A stretch of 61,320 nt of DNA. It comes from Candidatus Sericytochromatia bacterium (lineage in GTDB: Bacteria; Cyanobacteriota; Sericytochromatia; S15B-MN24; JAQBPE01). The notes beneath the pieces are model-generated. The model was not told where the DNA came from. It was given only the letters and a program-made list of their open reading frames with translations, and made no database searches. This document shows positions 60,328-61,320 of this stretch, piece after piece. Position 1 is the first letter of the stretch, and each line of letters opens with the position of its first letter. A program made the position numbers and the translations under genes. The stretch is from contig JBBAPZ010000014.1 of NCBI GenBank assembly GCA_040400605.1, positions 22,752 to 84,071 of the forward strand, read 5' to 3'.

Positions 60328-61155
60328 TTAGGGCATCGTGGTGGGATCCCAACACGTCCGGAAGTTTTCATTCAAGGCATCGAGTGCCGTCATGTCATCG
60401 GCGTCGAGAGTCAGGGTTATCGCTTGTGCGTTTTCAACGATGCGATCACGCTTGGTGGACTTTGGTATCACGATGACGTCGTGTGCGAGACACCAGGCGA
60501 TGAGGATCTGCGCGGGGCTCGCATCGTGTTTCTTGGCGATCGCCTGAAGTCGCGCATCACCAAATCGCTGCCCCCGCACAAGCGGGCTGTACGCTTCCAG
60601 CGCGATGCCTTGTTCCTGACAAAACGCCAACAGCGCCTGCTGGTACAAAAACGGATGAAACTCCACCTGGTTGATAGCAGGCACCGTGTTAGCCGTCAGC
60701 AACAATTCCTGCAAGTGCGGGATGGTGTAATTGCTGACGCCGATGCTGCGACACATTTTTTCGCGTTCGAGTCGCTCAAGCGCGCGCCACGTCTCCTTGC
60801 GTTGCTCGGATTTGGGCCAATGAATCAGGTACAGATCCAGATATTCCAGTCCGAGCTTGATCAGACTCTGCTCGCAGGCACGCAGCGTCTCGTCGTAGCC
60901 TTGATCTGAGTTCCAGACCTTCGTGACGATGTACAATTCGGATCGTTTGAGCGCGGATGCGGCGATCGCACGGCCAACATCCGCCTCGTTTCCGTAAATC
61001 TTGGCCGTATCAATGTGCCGATAACCAACCTCCAAGGCCATTGAAACCGCCTGATACGTCTCATCCCCTGCCCCGGCTTCATACACGCCAAGGCCCAACA
61101 TGGGGATGGCCACCCCGTTGTTCAGAGTTTTTGACCGGCCAACCAAAGCTTCCAT
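60328..61155 (-). CDS. Aldo/keto reductase (DkgA/YvgN-like)
   Basis: GYRHIDTA.IYGNE, LDLYLIHWP, IGVSNY, IPKS. Confidence 0.96.
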   Translation of the reverse strand: MEALVGRSKTLNNGVAIPMLGLGVYEAGAGDETYQAVSMALEVGYRHIDTAKIYGNEADVGRAIAASALKRSELYIVTKVWNSDQGYDETLRACEQSLIKLGLEYLDLYLIHWPKSEQRKETWRALERLEREKMCRSIGVSNYTIPHLQELLLTANTVPAINQVEFHPFLYQQALLAFCQEQGIALEAYSPLVRGQRFGDARLQAIAKKHDASPAQILIAWCLAHDVIVIPKSTKRDRIVENAQAITLTLDADDMTALDALNENFRTCWDPTTMP

Positions 61156-61191
61156 ACAATCACGCCCCCTTTAAAATCATTTAAGTTTGCC

Positions 61192-61222
61192 AAAAAAAAT
61201 TGAGCCTGCCCCCGGCAGGCTC
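61192..61222 (-). terminator. Rho-independent terminator
   Basis: GAGCCTGCC-ggg-GGCAGGCTC followed by AA and T8 on the minus strand. Confidence 0.85.
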
Positions 61223-61235
61223 TCCACTTAGCGAA

Positions 61236-61320
61236 TCAAAGTGCTTGCTGAGGACCACCCTGCGACGGCTGTGGACCACCTTGCGGTGGCTGCGGACCAC
61301 CTTGCGGCGGCTGTGGACCA
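61236..61320 (-). CDS. C-terminal end of a gene continuing beyond the window, with 21-bp GPQPPQG repeats
   Basis: Minus frame reads GPQPPQGGPQPPQGGPQPSQGGPQQAL*; third-position variation between repeats; terminator follows. Confidence 0.7.
   Translation of the reverse strand, partial: GPQPPQGGPQPPQGGPQPSQGGPQQAL

Overview
Bacterial chromosomal window of about 50 genes and moderately high GC. Many lineage-specific lipoproteins, including one with an LIAQGGAN-type repeat, tentatively suggest a non-photosynthetic relative of Cyanobacteria such as Sericytochromatia; this is inference, not verified. Housekeeping genes include metK with a SAM-I riboswitch, gatA/gatB, prfC and tRNA-Glu. There is also a heavy-metal block (TolC-MFP-CzcA RND pump, His-rich protein, CDF; chrA lies separately beside the tRNA). 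The main result is an ~11.6 kb biosynthetic cluster at 25141-36744, just downstream of tRNA-Glu. It encodes clear homologues of the carbapenem core enzymes CarB (carboxymethylproline synthase) and CarA (carbapenam synthetase). CarC, CarD, CarE and CarF/G are not visible. Instead the cluster has two Rieske oxygenases, an acyl-AMP ligase, an ACP, a left-handed beta-helix transferase, an acyl-CoA carboxyltransferase and an MMPL exporter, so it is a candidate undescribed carbapenam/beta-lactam-type pathway. Other oddities: an endonuclease V with substituted catalytic residues, a degenerate 5'-nucleotidase fused to a beta-barrel, a secreted His-rich CxxCH miniprotein, an SDR-TsaA fusion, a DoxX gene with an internal deletion, and two families of non-coding repeats. 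Homology calls come from motif recognition and recalled reference sequences; no searches were run.
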